A DNA stretch of 54,654 nt, the filler included, from Jimgerdemannia flammicorona (taxonomy: Eukaryota): NCBI GenBank assembly GCA_003990765.1. It is 3 parts of 3 records of this genome, joined end to end, with 100 filler letters (N's around TTAATTAATTAA, not from the genome) between each part and the next. Parts side by side here need not be neighbours in the genome. Positions count along the whole stretch, not along the records: positions 36,505 to 54,654 come from RBNJ01002286.1; 2 more parts are not named here. One strand, 5' to 3'. The stretch's first letter is position 1, and each line of letters opens with the position of its first letter. Shown one piece after another: positions 50,951-54,654 of this stretch. The position numbers and the translations under genes are program-made. A model generated the notes under the pieces. That model worked only from the letters and a program-made list of their open reading frames with translations. It was not told where the DNA came from and did no database searches.

Positions 50951-52242
50951 GAGTAGCTTAGTTTTCAGAGATTAGATTAAAAAATCCTATAAGAGTGAAT
51001 AAACCAAACTATAGTATGGGTGCTTGATTTAGTTCTGGGATCTAGTAGGTGTAATTTTCTTGGTCTGTGGATCCTTGCAAACTTCCTAGGTCTGCTATTC
51101 CTTATTAGCTATCATTAGACTGATATTCTATAGAATCTTCATCTGAATCCCTTCTCTGATGAGATAGTATATCCTTATACTGACTAAGTTCTTCAAAAAA
51201 GTCTAGTATCTAATTGAGTAAATAGATCTGCTTCTTGATCAGAGGTTTGAGATAGGAGATCTGACTGCTCATTCTTATATCTAATAATAGTGTTGGCATG
51301 ATATATAGCTAACCAATTATAGAGAGATGTTTAGATAGGAGTATGGTGGTATAGTGGTATATATTAGATATAATTCACTCTTTTGCTACTATTCTTGCTA
51401 TAGTAGAGACTGAGGTGATATAGACTAGAAATTCCTGAGTAACTGCAGTAGTAGATTCTAGAGTCTCAGTAGCTCTAATATAGTTATGAATAAGGGTGTT
51501 TAACCTATAATAACTACTTATATTCTTAAGGTCTAGGTGATAGTTCCTAAAGGTCTCATATAGGTCTTGATATATATATATATTTAATTAACTAGTAGCT
51601 GGTATATTCTTTGGTCTGTATTATCCTAGTACTATCTAACCCTAGTGACTATTACTAGAATGGCTTTATTTTATAGATCTATTTCTTAGTAATCTATAGG
51701 TGATACTGGGTTTACTCCTCTCTAAGATTGGTCTTGAATTTAACTTTACAGAAGTATATTCTTGATACTATTTTAGCTCAATAATCTACTGCTAATAGGT
51801 TATAATAATACTTATTTCTACCTCTTTCTTATCCTAGATAATTAGAAAAACAAAATATTACTTAGAAACTTAGTATATAAGTATACCAAGAAGCCTTCAG
51901 TATGAGGAAGTACTTACTTAAAAGTAGTTATAGCAGCAATGTCCTTCTTGATAACTGAAGTTATAAGAGACTTATTCTTTATTTATATATAGACTAAATT
52001 TGCTTAGAATTTAGGTTTAATAAGGGGTTTTCTTAAGTTTTTGGATTTATATATCTCTTACTCTATAATATAGCTAAATTTGGCTATAAAAAAAAACTGC
52101 TATAAAAATATTATATAAATCAAAAATAATAAAATAATTTCAACTTTTCTAATTTTTTTTTTATAATATATATCAAGTCAAAAAAAAAAAAATTAAAAAT
52201 TTAAAATTTAAAATTTTTTTACAGACAAATTTGGCTACATCT

Positions 52243-52720
52243 TATTACAGAATAAGATATATACTTATCTTTAGTTTTGAGAGAAGTTAGGCTTCTAGAG
52301 TTTAGTCAGAAATACTAGAGTTATTTAAGTATCATTACTAAGATACAGGAGAATATGTATATGTAATAGGAACTTGATTCTTATATTAAAGACTGAACTA
52401 AAACTGCTTTATTTCAGATAGAATGCTGGGAATATTTATAAAGTTGGTTTGTAATTTCTGACTAAGTATGAGCTACAAATTTAGTAACTATAGATGACCT
52501 TATAATCAGGATCTTTGTAATCAGGACTTTTATAATCAAGACCTTTATAATATTAGTTGTTAGGTAATAATTAGTTACTATAGTGATTATTACAGTATTG
52601 GTTATAGGGGATAAGCTGAATTATCTATAATATTTATACTATTTGTATCTTATTCATATTATTCAGAATAAGCTACTTGATCATAATATCATTATCATTA
52701 GATTATGTAATTACATGTCA
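52243..52720 (-). mobile_element. Solo LTR (478 bp)
   Basis: Termini tattaca (TG->TA)...tgtca; 5-bp TSD catct/cacct. The minus strand has tataaata then aataaa. 15-bp tandem repeats at 52496-52550. Confidence 0.65.
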
Positions 52721-53596
52721 CACCTTTCTTCATTATTATGTTTCTTCTATTTACTTATTTGTTTATTATATATCTTGAGAAGGAATGTTATATTGAACTT
52801 TTAGTTAGAATATGTACTTAATAGAAGATTGGCATTTTGAGTATAAGAATTGTTTTAATATAGAGCAGGAGAGAGGAATTATACAGATATCTGAATATTT
52901 ACTAAGTGAGTATAAGATACTTAGTAAATTCTAGATAATAGTTAAGAGCTATATAAGAGTGAGATAGTAAGACAATAGAGAGGGGGGTAGATGGAATAGC
53001 TTAAGAGAGTAGCTGATAGAGTATATTGATAATGAGTAACTTACTAATAGATGGATATTGATAGTATAGATAGAGTTGACTGAATACTAGCTATATATAT
53101 TTGAAAATAGAAGACAGATAGTATTAGAGAAAAAGATATTAAGAGTTGATGGTAGATATTCTGTCAAGCTAGTAGAGAGGGTGAGATCCTCAGAGAGGTC
53201 ACTATTAGTATCTGATAGAAGAGATATATAAGAAAAGTGATGGGCAGATTGAGGTGGTTAATGATATGACTATTTTTAAAAAAGTGAGAGTGGGGGGAAG
53301 AGAGAGTGTTAGATTGGAAAAATTGGAGTATGTGGGTCAGGGCTATTAGTATAATATAAGAACCATATATTTATTATAGATAAGTTAATAAAAGAAACCT
53401 AGTATTCATAATAAAATAAAAAATAAAATAAACTATATAAGCTATACTAAAGTATATATATATATATTTATTATAATATCTTCTAGCAAGCTAAATATAT
53501 ATGACAAAGCCATAACTAATTTTGATAGTAGAAAATAAAAATATAATATAGATCAGAAATATAATTCTCTTATAGAAAATAGTAAATAGGCATTGA

Positions 53597-54400
53597 CCTT
53601 TCTCTGCTATCTTACCAGTTACAATGGTTTGGTAGGCAATCTTCTGAGTCTACTTTCCACAATTACTACCCCCTCTACCTTGGGTTAATTTGCTATACTT
53701 ATTGTAGGGCAGTGGGAGGGAGGCAATGGTGATGAGTTGCTCTTTTATCAGTGTCTGATCAGTATTTGCTCCACTTTTTTACAGATTCTGATGTCTTCAG
53801 CTGTATCTAGAGTGCATCTGTTTTGGTACAGTGCCTTCTTCCTTTTGCTGTTACCAATAAGGGGTTGTCTTAATGTATCATGGGTTATGTAGAGAGTTAG
53901 TCAACCTTGGACATCAAGTGCCCAGTATAGATTATCTATAGGTTCTTGGTGCCTATAGTAAGGCCCTCTGGCTTTAGCAAGCTTCCTGGCAAGCATAGTT
54001 CTGGTGTAGGTGACTGTTTTTCAGATGTTGTTGGGATGGGAGGAGAGATGGTCATCACAGATAGAAGGAAGGGTGATTATGGTGAACCAGTAGAGTACTA
54101 GGCTGGAGGTAGTCATCAGGGCTGGGGCAGATACTGCTTCAGTGGGGCCTTTTGATTGGTGCAGAGTGGTTAGGTGAGAGGTATCACTCTTAGCTTCTTT
54201 TGATAATTCAGCAGGTTGGATTCTGGTCATTGGGGGGGGTCAGGGGGCCTGAGGCTACCTATTTCAGACATCTTAGCTATACTTAACTAGAACCAAAAGC
54301 TGATATAGAAATGTGATCAAGGCCCACAGGCTTGAGTAGTGGAGTATTGGGGGTCTTCTCCCACCTCACATATAAGTTCTTTATTCATCTTGACTGGGAG
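53597..54400 (+). mobile_element. SINE-like retroposon, copy 3, interrupted by an LTR insertion
   Basis: Collinear with 16987-17790; same 5' start. Confidence 0.85.
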
Positions 54401-54654
54401 TGTAAGAGGGTTACTTTTTAGGGTGACCGTTACGTAGTTCTAGAAGGGTTTTCTGGAAGTTCTGGCTATTCTTGGAAGACCGTTTTCTTATGGTCAAGAT
54501 CAATTTCGTATGGAGTACGTCCTCTACGCTTATTGATTTCAAGATCGGGTTGACGTCTCAACCAAAGTCCTTCTTCGGACTAGTTCTGGATGTTCAGGAT
54601 TTTCCGTATTTCAGGAAGTTCGAGAAACTAAGACCAGCTTAGTTGAATTGGCGT
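54401..54654 (-). mobile_element. Young family C LTR (3' end), continuing beyond the window
   Basis: Its reverse complement aligns with 14628-14882 and retains its CpGs. Begins tgtaagag. Confidence 0.85.

Noticed and set aside
50950..53596. Possible 5' LTR/PBS of family B and a purine-rich block at 52840-53400
   Set aside because: Apart from the solo LTR, the region is too decayed to define boundaries or products.

Overview
Eukaryotic, very probably fungal, transposon-graveyard region with no recognisable host gene. The taxon is an inference only; an early-diverging fungal lineage would fit. Almost the whole window is nested retroelements at different stages of C>T/G>A decay. It holds about 8 pieces of one L1/Tx1-like LINE family, a decayed Ty1/copia pol, several Ty3/gypsy elements, a hAT-like MITE, a solo LTR and two artificial scaffold gaps. 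Main points: (1) A complete 8.9-kb gypsy element (38124-47001, 4-bp TSD) has ~1.6-kb LTRs that each contain a TATA-preceded ~270-codon gene. An unrelated ~2-kb LTR (12888-14882) contains a ~360-codon gene with the same helical motif, and a third motif copy lies in an ORF running across the PPT into the 3' LTR. (2) Two different gypsy lineages carry dUTPase plus a shared 40-aa Cys/His module in different domain orders. (3) A fixed-length ~1.15-kb polyadenylated non-coding retroposon occurs in 3 copies, one with a 19-bp TSD. All alignments were made by eye; no database searches were run.
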